Positions 1 through 12,626 of a DNA stretch of 64,000 nt are shown in pieces. Within the stretch, counting starts at the first letter, position 1. Each line of letters starts with the position of its first letter. Below the pieces are notes generated by a model. It did not search any database. It worked only from the letters and a program-made list of their open reading frames with translations, and was not told the origin of the DNA. Position numbers and translations under genes: made by a program. The DNA is from Pseudovirgaria hyperparasitica (Eukaryota), in assembly GCA_010093815.1 (NCBI GenBank), contig ML996570.1; one strand, 5' to 3'.

Positions 1-1
1 G

Positions 2-1528
2 GTTCGACGGCAGCAGCCTGCGCCAATCCACACTAGCCATCAATCTTACTCACGACAGCCGTCCCCAGAGTCAGTTCGCTCTCCATATCACGTATACCAT
101 CCTCAATCTCCATCGTATTCTCGAACAAACTCTACCTACTCCGATCCCATGGTCCAGCCGGCCCACACCACTCACCGCAGGTCATCCTCCGTAAGTCGTC
201 CTAGGCCTGCCAGCTACCACAGCGCGGACGGCCCGCTATACGGACAGTACGGTCGCCTACCTACCGTCGATCATCAACCTGCAGTACATGGTCCACCACC
301 GTCAAGCTCGGCATACGCAAACGTTGCCCGTCCTCAATACATGCCAACATCTACATCTTACAGTCGGACACCGCATCACACAGGCTATTTTCCTCAGATG
401 CAGCAGCCATCACATTTGTCCTATGCTTCGCAGCCTCCGGACAGCACTTACTCAACACGTGGGAATTCTAGACCAACTTCGATGTATACCCCCGCACTCA
501 TTTCACAGTCTATGACGCCCGGCCCTCCTACGCCTTACAGCCGTTCTCCCGCTCCGAGTGCTCGATATGGTCCCCTCGGTCCATCACCTCAAATTCAACC
601 CAACCCGCCAGCTTACTCTTCCCGTGCACACCCTTCTACGTCTGATTACGAGGATGATGACGACGACGAAGACGACGACGACGTGGGCATGCAAGAATTG
701 CAGACGCAGATGAGCCGGGTGCAAATGGATCGCATGCAAATGGACCGTGTTCAGATGCCCCCTCCAAGACGTCCCAGCATTCGCCAAAAACCAGAGCTGC
801 CGGCTATAGATTACTACAGTAAATCGCCCGCCCCGCCTATTATGGAGGTGAGTGCGTCGTCGAGGCGGCGCCAATCTCAGTCTGCTTCAAGCCGCACGTA
901 TACAGACTCTACACGGTCGTCGAAAAGATACTATGACGAAGATCGGTACGCACCGCCACCGTCCCAGAAATATGATGGCAGACGTCGGAGCATTCCTGTC
1001 GAATTCTCTGACGAGGAGACGTTCCCATTTGAGGATGAACGGCGCCCTTCCGTACGTCGTCGCACGCGTACAGAGAATGACATGAGTCGCCTAGAAAGAG
1101 CGGCACGAGAGCACCAGAAAGATCCGGAGCGAGGCGAACAGGTGCACACGTCTGACGCTCTGCTTCGAGACAAGATCGCCAATAACAGCTCTCGTCGCAT
1201 CGAACGCGCCCCCTCTGACGCCAAGTCACAAGTGTCGCGAAGATCCACCATGACCAAGGCCACCAATGGTATCAACCTCCACGTTGCTGGTAATGATGAC
1301 TTCAATATCTCCATCACCGGCGACATGAACGGCCAGACCCTCCAAGTTGCGCCCAGTGCCGATGGTGGTGCTATGATCACTATTGGAGGAAAGCAATATC
1401 ACGACACTGGACGATCGGAAAGGTCGAGTCGCAGTCGAGGTCTGTCGAGCGCCGGCAAGAGTAGCAGATCAAGCCAGAAGGAGTCAAGGGTTGGTCATAC
1501 CAGTCGACGCGACCCAACTTGGTTCTAG
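2..1528 (+). CDS. Ser/Pro/Arg-rich low-complexity fungal hypothetical protein, 5'-truncated by the window edge
   Basis: The frame of ORF 149-1528 is open back to base 2 (VRRQQPAPIH...). More than 500 codons, with an acidic run DDDDDEDDDD and QMDR-type repeats. No recognisable domain. Confidence 0.75.
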   Translation, partial: VRRQQPAPIHTSHQSYSRQPSPESVRSPYHVYHPQSPSYSRTNSTYSDPMVQPAHTTHRRSSSVSRPRPASYHSADGPLYGQYGRLPTVDHQPAVHGPPPSSSAYANVARPQYMPTSTSYSRTPHHTGYFPQMQQPSHLSYASQPPDSTYSTRGNSRPTSMYTPALISQSMTPGPPTPYSRSPAPSARYGPLGPSPQIQPNPPAYSSRAHPSTSDYEDDDDDEDDDDVGMQELQTQMSRVQMDRMQMDRVQMPPPRRPSIRQKPELPAIDYYSKSPAPPIMEVSASSRRRQSQSASSRTYTDSTRSSKRYYDEDRYAPPPSQKYDGRRRSIPVEFSDEETFPFEDERRPSVRRRTRTENDMSRLERAAREHQKDPERGEQVHTSDALLRDKIANNSSRRIERAPSDAKSQVSRRSTMTKATNGINLHVAGNDDFNISITGDMNGQTLQVAPSADGGAMITIGGKQYHDTGRSERSSRSRGLSSAGKSSRSSQKESRVGHTSRRDPTWF

Positions 1529-2300
1529 GATATCCAGCTCTACTGGTCAGCGTGATCAGTGTGGGCGTAGCCGTTCCAGTGACAGCAATATATTACGACG
1601 CACCAGAAAAAAATTAACAGATGCACATTCCGGATACGAAGACGAGGCACGCGAAACGAGCTGATGACCTGGATGTTTAGCAGCGATTGGCAGCAATTTT
1701 GTTGGAGTTCCCTTATTTCCCCTTGATGTTCAAAACACCGCGCCTAGTCCCTTTCTGCATGAGATATCCCCTGTTTTCTTCCATCCCATGTATTCTCTCA
1801 ACGTACGGGTCGGCATCTTGTTGGTCTGCTTTACCCTATTTGTCTCTACAAAAAGCTGGGTCAAAAGTTTGGATCATGTTTCTGGGTGCCTACTTTGTAC
1901 AGGAAAGAAAAAGTTTTGCGAATACCACACCCCCTTTGTTTTTTTTTATCTGAGCGTCCGTCCCGCCAGCACACGATTCCTATACCACTATGTTATCTCT
2001 TTCAACTCGCTTTCTTTGCCTAGATAGCCTCTTTCTGCATGTGTTTCGTTCTTGATAGCCTCTTTTTTTCCCTTAAGCATAGCGTCATGTTGATCACGTT
2101 TCTGTATTGAGCATCAGGGTTGGCGGCAAGAGACGGGACATTTCGGCTCTTATTTATTTATATAGATTAGAGCTTCTTTTTTGGGACGCCGCAGGGCTTG
2201 CTTATTTGTATGTGGTGCGATGGGGTGGAGACTTGTCTTGTATTACACTTCCACGGCCCCGTCAGTCTGGCGGTGTCGCTGGGGTGTGGTCCCGCCTGTA

Positions 2301-2447
2301 TGGTATGATGTTGTGTGGCATGGCATGGCATGATGTGGTGTGGCATGGTATGGTGTGGCATGGTGTGGTGTGGCATAGCATGGTATGGTATGGCATGATA
2401 TGATGTGGCAAGGCATGGCATGGTATGGTGCGGTATGGTACAGTATG
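2301..2447. repeat. Degenerate pentanucleotide microsatellite (TGGCA/TGGTA/TGGTG/TGATG)n
   Basis: About 28 consecutive 5-mer units are visible. They explain the spurious His/Met/Pro-rich ORFs here. Confidence 0.9.
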
Positions 2448-4014
2448 TAGCTGGATCTGTCTTGATCGCTTGTGTCAAATTCATTTGCTTTGCTTGCTTG
2501 CTTGCCTCGATATGCCGATCTTTGACGTGCTGAATTGTGACTTGCTGGCTGTGACTTCCTGATTCGTGACATTGCCGATTCGTGACGTTTTGTCCGTCTA
2601 ATTTCTGTGATGGTGCCGTGTTCTTAGGAAAGAGGTACGTGGAGTTTTCTTCCCTACTTTTTGCCTTGGAGTAGGTATATCTTGATTGCATGATTGGTAC
2701 CTAATTACGTCTACTGGGGGGGTTATGGTATAATTAATAGTTGGGCTTGGAGTGGTTGGTATACTTGGTACTAGCTATACTTTGCTATGCATTAGATCCT
2801 AGATTGATAATTGATACATCATTTTATAGCTGATATAGTCAAACGTCTATGTGACTATCTGTCTATCCTCAGGCCAGATTTATAGCCCCCCAATTAGGCT
2901 AGGCTTGGTTCTTCTTCGATGGATCCACCACCCCTGGTATACCAAACCATACCATACCAAATACAGCAAGCCCTTAAACCAACCTCCTCGGTATATATGC
3001 ATATTCCGCGTATATACATTACCACATATGCCCTTTCCTATGTAGATGGTCCCTTCTCTTTTCTAAGAATTAAATAGAAAAGAGGAGGTTTATTCTCTTG
3101 CTTGTTTGTTTAGTTAGGTATTAGGCTATAGAGAGTGTTTAATTTAGTTAGGAGGAGTATAGTTTGGTTTAGCTAAAGCTAGGAAGTCTTTTGCGGTGTG
3201 GGCTTTTGGGGAAAGCGGATTTTGGTTTTTGAAGGAAGGATAGCTCTGGTTCATAGGTGGAGGTAGAGGTGACGGGGAAGGAGAAAGATGGTATGGTATT
3301 AAGGGTTTCATAAGAGTGATTGGTTGTCTATGCGGCGTCCATGGCTGTATCATTGTTGATCGAACTTGATATTGTTGTGGGATGGTACCGAAAAAATGTT
3401 GAACGACCGTAGATGAGTGCCTTTGGCCATCTCTGGCTGTCCATGCTCGATGTGTTGTGTTCGGTTCGAGTGAGTCTGCGCGACCGTTATTCGGTAGTCA
3501 TGATATTTTAAGCTATGTTGTGTGATGATAATACTAGATGCCTTCAGTTCAGTGACTCTGAGGGTCGAAGGGTGATGTGATACGGACTCGCAACATGCTA
3601 GAGGGGAATGTTAGAGGGCTGAATAAGGCTACTAGAGTCTAGTGGCATGGAGAAGGAGGTTTATGTTTCTAAGATTTCTGCATTGGGCTGGCGTTTGCGC
3701 GGCCTTGTTTAGTAGTTCTACTGATAAAATGATGTGGCTGTGTGGAGAACTTTGAGAGGTGCGGAGGGTGTCAAGTTTCATGAGTGATGGATTCATCCAT
3801 CGCGCTACTTCATCGCTATTTTTTCGCTTCTATGGCAGGTATTCAGGTTCTCTATTGATTTATGTAGAGGCTACGAGAAGTCTAGCGTATCCCCTTGCCC
3901 ATCCCAGCCTGGGATCATTGATCATTGTATTGATATTGTGCAGCCAGTAATACGGTCCCACTAGCCTGGTGTAGCAACGGTCTGCTATATCACTTCGATT
4001 GAGCTGATATTCTA

Positions 4015-4821
4015 TCAGTCATCATCTTCCTTCCATCCATTCCACTGCTGGCCTGTGTAGTTCGTACCGCATGATATACAATAGTAAGTACCTCCCATTT
4101 TTAGACGCTCGTAGTTCCCATCTATTGTCGTTACGTAGCCGCAGGGGCAGTTGTAGTGAGAGATCTTTTTCTCTGTGTAGTCCTCAACGAGGGGAGTCAG
4201 GGATTCTAGCATGCCCTCTCGAAAGCCTTGCAAGGACCCAATGAGATCCCGGAATTGAGAGTCTTCCACCAGTCTCACGTATTGTTCCGTCGCTACACAA
4301 ATGACGATGTTCCGAAGTCTATCGAAAGAATCATTGGTACTCTCATACAGGTGTCGTATGATGTCAGAATAATCGCTCTCTGCCCAGATTCTATCGCCTA
4401 GAGACTCAAAGATCCGCGCAACCTCCTTTCTAAGCCCTGCAAGATCGTATTTTGCAGCTATTGCATACGTGTCAATCGCTCTCCGATACACCTGCTTACG
4501 TTCTTCTTCGCTTGCCGTGTCTGCCAAGGGACTGTTGAATTTTGCTGAGTAAAAGTATTCAATCATAGCCTTGACAGCTGCCGGAGGATCATCGTCAAGC
4601 GTAATGATGTTACTGGAAGCCTCCTGTAGCGCCAGATCAGTCCACAGTTTGAGATAAGATTTTCTGATGCATAAAAGTACCTGGAAACCACCCTCGCAAG
4701 CCTTCTGGAAGAATTCGCACTGACTGCAGAGGATACTCTTGTGGACTTTGTACGAGTCGTTACCGCATTTGATAGTGAGGTCCGAATAGCGGCCATCCTG
4801 GAGCAGGTCGGAAATCGGCAT
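4015..4821 (-). CDS. BTB/POZ domain protein with C-terminal Cys4 zinc-ribbon-like motif (paralog 1)
   Basis: BTB motifs [30 protein letters not shown] and [17 protein letters not shown]. Intron 4624-4680 (GTAC...CTACAG). C-terminus CPCG...YCISCG. Confidence 0.9.
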   Translation of the reverse strand: MPISDLLQDGRYSDLTIKCGNDSYKVHKSILCSQCEFFQKACEGGFQVLLCIRKSYLKLWTDLALQEASSNIITLDDDPPAAVKAMIEYFYSAKFNSPLADTASEEERKQVYRRAIDTYAIAAKYDLAGLRKEVARIFESLGDRIWAESDYSDIIRHLYESTNDSFDRLRNIVICVATEQYVRLVEDSQFRDLIGSLQGFREGMLESLTPLVEDYTEKKISHYNCPCGYVTTIDGNYERLKMGGTYYCISCGTNYTGQQWNGWKEDDD

Positions 4822-5676
4822 TCTGCATTCAGAGACGGAGCTGAGAGGTGGGAAGCGCGAAGTTGGTGGTTGCTGAAGCGTAGAAAGGTACGGAGGTAAG
4901 AGGCGGCTGGTAAGTCAAGCAGCTTTATAAGAGTGGGAAAAGTGAAGTGACATGAAAAGGCCTTGTTGCAACCCAAGTGAACCGGGCCCCGCTCCGAGAG
5001 ACACACCATAAGTGAGAGACTGTTGTCTAAGAAAGGTCTAGTACATTTTGCTTAGAAATTATTGTATATCGCTATCGGCGCCACCTTTGGATATCTGCCT
5101 GAGTTTCATGGTGACAGGGATGGATCGTCTCAGCAACACAGTATTTTGAGCAATTGAGTTCAACTATTACTATATTCAAGCGAACTGACAAGAATACGCT
5201 GTATCGAACACCGGGCGGGTATGATCATATTGTTCGAGCGAACTGATCATTTCAGATAGGATTTAAAATACGAATGGGATTGACAATAGTCGTGCATTCA
5301 ACATCTTGCCATGATGTTTACCAACGATATATTGTTATACGAGGAGCATCATTTCATGATAGGCATATGAAGTTAGTCGCAATAATAGTGCCTATCAAAA
5401 CCAAGATCTTAAAGGGAAATATTTCAAAGAGTTGAAGTACAGGTTTACAATTTGAAAATAACTACCTGGAGTACACAAAATCTGTAGCAAATGCGGTCCT
5501 TGTGCAAGATTTGAGGCCATCTGAAAAGTCCCTGTCACGAGTTTAACCTTACTGTAATCGTATATCCCAGCAGTCAGAGTTTGTTGAAAGCGTATATATA
5601 TTTATGGGATGATTGGAGCTTGCTTGAGACTTGATAATTTCCTGTTCTCCATACCATGGAGCCGCGCATCTCACCA

Positions 5677-6319
5677 TTATAACATAGTGGCGAAAAGACG
5701 TATTGGGACCCACAAGGAACCATTTGAGTCTTTTCCGCAATCAGGGCACTTATATCCTGAATTGGGCTTGAGATCGATACCAATACCTTCTGCACACTTC
5801 GGGCACCTCCGTAGCCTCTGGTAGATATCTTTTCGAGATATATGCTTAAGCTGTGAATGTAGCAGAATATCTGTCGTGAACCGGCCTTGATCCCAGAGAA
5901 ATCTCTCGAACCCATCCTTCGGAAGTAGTCTCTTTAACATCCGGTAAGCAGAGACGACAACAGACTGTTGGAGGTCAGCAGAAGAGCTGTTCGAGGATCC
6001 ATAGATCTCTCTGATCTTATCGCGGTAGTCCATGGGAGGCCACCACATATTGTCTACGTGACACCTGAATGAAAATACAGCTACTTCGAGTAGCCCTGGT
6101 ATATTATATTTCTTTGCGATTGCGCACACCTGGATGGCAGTATCGATTTGATGATCGTCGTTATGTGGGGAAAAACCTCTGCTCAATGTATTTCCATACT
6201 GTCCAGTGTACATATATTCGATCGTAGCCATGACAGCATTCACTGGGTCGTCATCGAGTCTGATAATCTTGTCAATGGTTCCCTGTAGTGTACACCATTA
6301 GCTCTTTGCGTCCGTAAAA

Positions 6320-6356
<37 letters not shown>

Positions 6357-6532
6357 CAACAAACCTGGGATTCACCGCCACAAGCCTTCTTGAAAAACTC
6401 GCATTCCTTGCTAACAATCCCTTTATGGACATTAATTTTCACCTCGCCGCATGCGACTGTCAGATCAGGTGGTCCGTCACGTTTTACTTTTATTACGATA
6501 GCGATCCAATCGTAACGCTCGAGCGGCGCCAT
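5677..6532 (-). CDS. BTB/POZ domain protein with C-terminal CxxC...CxxC (paralog 2)
   Basis: Exon 1 6365-6532 (PDLTVACG..INVHKGIVSKECEFFKKACGG). Intron 6283-6364 (GTTTGT...CTACAG). Exon 2 GTIDKIIRLDDDPVNAVMATIEYMY...CPKC...CPDC. Intron position matches paralog 1. Confidence 0.85.
6323..6352. repeat. (AT)n microsatellite inside the BTB paralog 2 intron
   Basis: Perfect AT dinucleotide run of about 30 bp. Confidence 0.95.
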
Positions 6533-7400
6533 GAGCAAGGTCTTGAGGTGAAGAATCTTACGCAAGAGGAAAGAGATAACGGGCTACGAGCGCGGATAGT
6601 TCTTAAACTTCAAGAGGTCTACTCTCCAAGTGCTTTTGAAACTTGTCGATAAAAAGGGGTATAAGAATATATGGTGTAAGATATAAAATCGAGTAGCTGA
6701 GAACACACCTTGGTTTCCCACCAGCCCCTGATACGTGAGACGGATATTCCTCACAGCCTAATATCATGACATCTTGAATTCGCCAACCCCAATACATTCT
6801 CAACCTTGGAATTCATTGCGCAGCATGACTCCAGAGGCCAGGCTACTGGACGACTCCGAGACTACTGGCTGAAAACCTATGTCCTCATCACAGCGCCACA
6901 TATATGCCACGAGATTACATGTACATCTCAAACTCGTGCTTGAGCATGCATGTCATTCATGATCTATACATATGGATCCTTCCACTCACCATACACCATG
7001 CCGCGCCCTCTTCCACACGACCAAGGTGACGGCCTGAGATCTGAGGTCTGGTGCGCATGTAAATACTGTCGATCAAGATATGAGGTATGCGCAGCGTGTA
7101 ATACAGTGAGAGTCGTGCATGAAGTCATAAGGCTATGATAACAGACTCGGCGGTCATCATCCACCCCTGCAAACCCTAACCTGGCAACCTGCACCGCATC
7201 CTTGCATCTATCGCTGTCGCGATGACGTCGCTTGTAAAACCACCATACCACCATCACCTGGGAATATATCTACTCTGAAAACACGCTCCGTCCTGCACTA
7301 CCCAGTAACACACCTCCTCCGCTCACGCACACTGTCACAAACACGCACACACGCACACATTCGCACGCACACACGCGCGCACATACCCAATCCAGCAACA

Positions 7401-7748
7401 ATGCCCTTTCCACTCCTATTTACCCTATCAACCAGCACTCGGCACGAAATCATCAGCTTACGCGACTTCCCACCGAGCTTTTCAGAACTCAAAGCTACCA
7501 TCGCGAGAACTATACCCACATCCCCTAACTGCGCCGAGTTCATGGCCAAGTACGCGAAGAAACCCGATGGCGGCGATGATGCCGACGTGGTGGGCGATAT
7601 CAAGGTGCGCTGGAGCACGGTTGGGAGGGACAGCAGGATTTGGCCGGCGGCAACGCTAATGACAGAGGAGAATTGTGAAGCCTTGTTGAGGCTGATGGAT
7701 AACGGGAAGGATGTTCTGGAGGTTGGTTATGGGGAGAAGAAGGAATAG
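7401..7748 (+). CDS. Small fungal hypothetical protein (115 aa)
   Basis: ATG in good context (CAACAATG) after a CA-rich leader. Protein-like composition (IKVRWS...IWPAATLMTEENCEALLRLM). Confidence 0.7.
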   Translation: MPFPLLFTLSTSTRHEIISLRDFPPSFSELKATIARTIPTSPNCAEFMAKYAKKPDGGDDADVVGDIKVRWSTVGRDSRIWPAATLMTEENCEALLRLMDNGKDVLEVGYGEKKE

Positions 7749-8049
7749 GAGGAGAGTGGAAAACGACTTTGCAAAGCGGCGCAGTATTTGTACGGGTTTT
7801 GTTGATCTTTAAGCGTTCGGCTTGCGTGTAGTGGGATTGCAGGCTCCTTTCCTTCTCATACGAGCGAGTACAATTTGAACATCCAAGTGTCATTGGAGAA
7901 TTTTAGTCGCTGGTATGGACCGTCATACCTTCGCCTAGACGTAGCATACATTGCAAAATACGCAAAACACCAACCAAATCTTCGGCGCTCTGTAGACCAT
8001 ACCCAGCTTGCCAACAGTGTCGTCAGATTTCGCAGACTCAGTCCCAGGT

Positions 8050-9444
8050 TTACTCAATCATGTCAATGTCGTCGGTGGCAGGTGCAGCCCCACCATTGGC
8101 AGGAGCGGAACCATTGGTGACCGGCTCGGTCTCGCCTTTTGAGCCCCAGTAATCTTCCATCTCGGCATCAAGCTGCTCCTGTGTCTTCCTCGGTCGGCCT
8201 TGCCTGGTAGCAGCACCGCCGTCCGTCCTTCGATTGCTATCATCTCTCCGCGCCCCAGGCCTGCGGCCACCACGGTCTGCGACTCCACGACGTGGGGGCG
8301 AACGACGTCGGTCACCTCCGTTTCTGCCACCTCCAGGCACGTAGCGATCGATGTTTCCAGGCGCAGGTCCACTGACGTCGCTGTGTCGGATAGGACTGAC
8401 CGATCTGTCATCGCGACGTATTCTGCTTTCCAGAGGGCGCTCGATGCGATCGAACAAGCTCCGAGATGGAGCATTGCGAGCTGCTGCAGGCCTTGCACTC
8501 GTGCTTGGTAGCATCGTCAGATAGATTGTCTGTCCGTAGGCCTTTTGACCGTTGTACTCGTTCATCGCGGCAATCGCATCGTTGGCGTTGGTGTAAGTGA
8601 CGAATCCAAGTCCTCGACTGCGGTCTTGACGATCGTACACCAGTGTGGCTTCGCGGACACGACCGATGCGGCTGAAAAGTTCCTAGTGATATTAGATCTA
8701 GCCGACCAGCATTTTCAATGCACACACCTTCAAGTCTTCTTCTGATATTTCGTAGTGAAGGTTCTCGACCTTGAGCTTGAAACTATTCTCGAATCTGCGA
8801 GTGAATCAATGATAAGCTCGCCATAAATCGTATCCACAACATCACGTACAGTTCTCCGCGGTCGTTCTGTCGTCGTTCTGGTCGGGAGCGGTGATTGTCG
8901 CGTGCTGGATGTGTTAGAGTCGGCCATAGGAAGGGTGCGCGCATATTCGACTGACAGTCATCATCTTCGTACTTGTCGTGGACCCAATCTCTAGTGTCAC
9001 CATTCAGTATACTCTAAGAATGTGCATAATATTCGGCTTCCTACTGGTCTAGATTTCTTGGATAGTCTCTTTGAGAGGGCTGTGGCATCAGAGGAGTCAA
9101 TATTAGCGAATCTCTTACAAGGGCCAGTGTAAAACAGTGACTGGTCGTCGCACAGGAACCGTATTCGACGTGTAGCTATATCGCTACGAATAGGAGGGCA
9201 CCGAGGCGTGAGGGAGGAGGGAGGAATGATGATGCACCTAGACTGCCTGTGAGATGTTGACCCTTAGGTAGAGTAACCATTATATATCCTCACCTTTTTT
9301 ACGCCATCTCGAGGAAAGTTTCCACGGCGGTTACGGCTTCGGTTGTTGTTCTGTCCGGAGGTTTAGCTCTGACGGTATACCAACAGCACGCATTCGATAC
9401 CTTACCTGTCTACCGGAGACGATGTCGTCGAGGCTACGATCCAT
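8050..9444 (-). CDS. ALYREF/Yra1-family mRNA export adaptor (RRM plus N- and C-terminal boxes), 7 exons
   Basis: Exons 9406-9444, 9294-9350, 9045-9079, 8956-8990, 8850-8904, 8728-8794, 8050-8682 splice in frame. Motifs: MDRSLDDIV N-box, WVHD, RRM (LKVENLHYEISEEDLKELF...SRGLGFVTY), C-box KTQEQLDAEMEDYW. Confidence 0.9.
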
Positions 9445-9882
9445 CTTGGAATACGAGGGAAGCAAAGGTTAGGGAAAGCTGTATGAAACAAGAAGGTCCA
9501 ACAAGGGAGCTGAGACTGCTTCAAGGTTGGAGAGTGCGAATGGAGAGGACGATGGCGCAGGTCGAATAGACCGTCAATTGAGAGCACTCGATATGCAGCG
9601 CGGTCGTGGGATGAGACAACGAGGTGTTGCACAGAATGATGAGAGTGAACGCACACGGAATGTCGACCAACAGAGCGCTGTCAGCCTGTCAGAAAGTCGT
9701 GCTAGTTTCGCTGCCCAACCCGCTAGGCCGTGCAGGGTTCTTCCCTGCTGCGGAGTCTTTGTCACGGGCTTGTCGAGTGCTGCCTGATTTCCTTCATTCA
9801 CGATAAATATTTAAGTGAACAGATGTCACAAGCACAATATAAACGAATTAGAAACCTGTTTCTTCGAATCACCAAAAAAATT

Positions 9883-10735
9883 ATGCCCGATAATACCCCC
9901 CGTATAATCCTGCTTGGCGACTCGCTGACCCAAGGCGGTTTCCAACCCGACACAAAAGGCTATGGATGGGCCCTCCAGCGGTACTACTCAACCCGCGCCG
10001 TTGTTGTCAACAAAGGCATCAATGGTATCACAACTGAAAGCATACGCCATCACTTCAACTCTATTCTAACAGACATCACCGCCCCGAATGCTCCTCCAAC
10101 AAAGCTGTTCTCCATCTTTCTGGGCGCAAATGATGGCTGTTTGCATCCATGGGGCGTACCATTACCAGAATTCGCTGCGAACATGACTGCCTTCGTTGAG
10201 AAACTGACAACCCACCCCGCGCTGACTGGTCTCAAAGTCGTGCTCATAGCCACACCGCCGATCAATGTTCGCGACGCCGATCGGGATACATCGCTTGGAA
10301 GTGTGGAGACTGCAAAAAAACGGGCCGGGTGGAGGAATTATGTGAGCAAGAAGACATACGCCGAGAAAGTCATGGAGATTGCGCAGGGGTTCGAGAATAG
10401 GGGTGTCGAAGTCGTTGGGGTGGATCTTTGGGGGGCGTTGGTGGACGCTGCGCTGGTGGACCAAGGCAGGGGGGATGAGGAGGGAGGAAGAGGAGATAGG
10501 AGGGGAAAATATGAAGAGGAGAGACTGCCAGGTTGTGGTTTACCAGATTCAAGGGAGTTTCCGGATGGCTATTTTTGTGATGCACTGCATTTTGAATGGA
10601 AGGTAAGTGCGGGTTGTGTTTGATATGTGACGATTGCTGGGTGCTGACGCGGTGTAGGCTTATGAGGTATTGACGAAGGTCTTTCAGGAGACTGTGTTCG
10701 CGAAGTGGCCTGAATTGCAAGCGGATCGGATATAA
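9883..10735 (+). CDS. SGNH/GDSL hydrolase, Iah1-like esterase
   Basis: Blocks ILLGDSLT, NKGING, FLGAND and DALH. Intron 10603-10657. Last exon ends ...KWPELQADRI*. Confidence 0.88.
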
Positions 10736-10829
10736 GCCAACCAGTCTTTTGATCGCTGATCATTCTTACGCATGCCAGCGCTCTACGTTTGCCGTGCTCT
10801 ACTCCCTCAAATAGGTCAACCCTTTGACC

Positions 10830-12626
10830 CTACAAGCAATACCTAAAGTGCAGATTTTTCTTATCAGTGACATCCTGGAAGCCTTCTAAAATTGCCTGCT
10901 CGTCTACGGCGTCATCCGTCCTCGCCGCCGTTCTAATCTTCCTATCTTTGCTTCTATTCTCCCACCACATATACTGCCTCATGAATATGGCGATGACTAT
11001 GATGCCAGCGTAGCAAGCTATCAGCCCTGCTAAAGCTGAGTAGTATCTTGGACTTTCGCGAGCAAAGAAGATATTTGCACCGGCTATGTTGCCGGCTGCA
11101 TAGAACACGAACCACAGGCCGTTGGCGGTGGATCGCTTGGTGTGGCCAGCGATGTTGGATGTGAGCAGGTTCCAGCACAGAATGACAGGGGCCCCGACAA
11201 GGTATTGGAGCCAGGTACAGCCTGACCAACGTCAGGCGGATGTCAGAGAAGGTAATCGGTAATAGATATGTGCACGAGTATAAGGGAGAATGCAGCAAGA
11301 ACGAAAGTACTTACCAACGAGTGTCCACCGGTGGTCAAGATCCGTCAATCTAATACCTAACAAGCCTCCAAGAGGCGGCAAGCAGATTACTGCGAGCACT
11401 GCACATCTGACGTCCTTAAAGTAGCTCGCTACTAGACCACAAAGAGGTACGAGGAAGAACTCGAATGCACCGGTGGGGAGTTGCAACAATGTTGCATATA
11501 TTCCCGAGAATCCGTATCCGCGGATCAGCGCCGAGGCAAAATTTGAAACACCTCCATTGATAACACCGCACCCAAGACCGATCATGACTGCACAGTGCAC
11601 TTTGATATCGAGCGCAGCTTCGAGAGCTTGCTTTGGCTGGAATTGCTTAGTCTTGACGCCGATCATGTTCTCGGCGATGCGGTGCACGGCAATGACCTTT
11701 TGCTTATGCGTCAAAAAGCGTGCAGTTGATGGCGAGTCTGGCATGACGAATAGCTATGTTGATCAGGATCGGTCACACTATCTCACAATCGGAACGGAGA
11801 CTCACGAAAACCCACCCCCAAACGAAATTCAACAACCCAATAGTGAGAAATATCAGTTGCCAGCTCCGCAGTGCACTACTACCAGCGTGGCCCAAGCCAT
11901 ATCCGAGTAGAGCTCCAACCATCGTCGCCATGCCGTTGAAAGCAAGGAAGATGCACATGCGTAACGGCTGTTCGCTCCTCGTGTAGAACATGCTTACGAT
12001 GGTCATGATGGCGGGGCTGATGCTGGCCTCGAACATCCCGAGAAGAAAGCGTAGGACAAGCATACCGGTGTAGTCCTTCGCAGCAACGTGACAGCATAGG
12101 AGGACGGACCAAATAAGAATCATGGTGCCGGTGTATTTGGCAACAGGTAGACGCTGAATAAGGTAATTTGCTGGAAGGGCCCAGAAGAGGTAACCACTGG
12201 TATAGCGTGAGCGACTGGAATTTTTCTATCTTATATTGACACAACAGTGTGACTCACAAGTTGAAGATGGCTGCAACCCACGAATATCGCTGGCCTTGCA
12301 GGCCCAGATCTGGGATGAGTGTATAAGCTGAGGCATAGTTGAGTGAGAGCTTGTCCAGGAATTGGATCATGTAAGTGAAGCAGATCTATTTGTGTCAGTA
12401 GCTCTCGCGTACTTGATCTACAAGTCAGGCTCACGATTGGCATGATTATCCAGTCAAGCTTCTTCAATACTACGACCCTTTCCCTCTCTAGCTCTTCAAG
12501 ATCATATTGCCCTACCTCGAGATACAAGTCAGCGTCAATGTCTCTCATCTGCCTCTTCGCATCGTCCTGCATGTAGGCAATTGTGCCAGTTGCATTTTGT
12601 ATTGAGTCTGAAGACTCGGAAGCCAT
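10830..12626 (-). CDS. MFS transporter, allantoate permease (Dal5/ACS) family, multi-exon
   Basis: LKKLDWIIMP, LRFLLGMFEASISP..FYTRSEQPLR, MPDSPSTARFLT, NIAGHTKR and FQDVTDKKNLHFRY are spread over ORF pieces separated by short GT-AG introns. Confidence 0.92.

Noticed and set aside
2107..2691. His/Met/Trp-repeat ORFs (PHHTM..., VWHGM...)
   Set aside because: These are translation artefacts of the pentamer microsatellite.
9883..12626. Esterase plus MFS transporter as a metabolic gene cluster
   Set aside because: Only two convergent genes, with no backbone enzyme or regulator.
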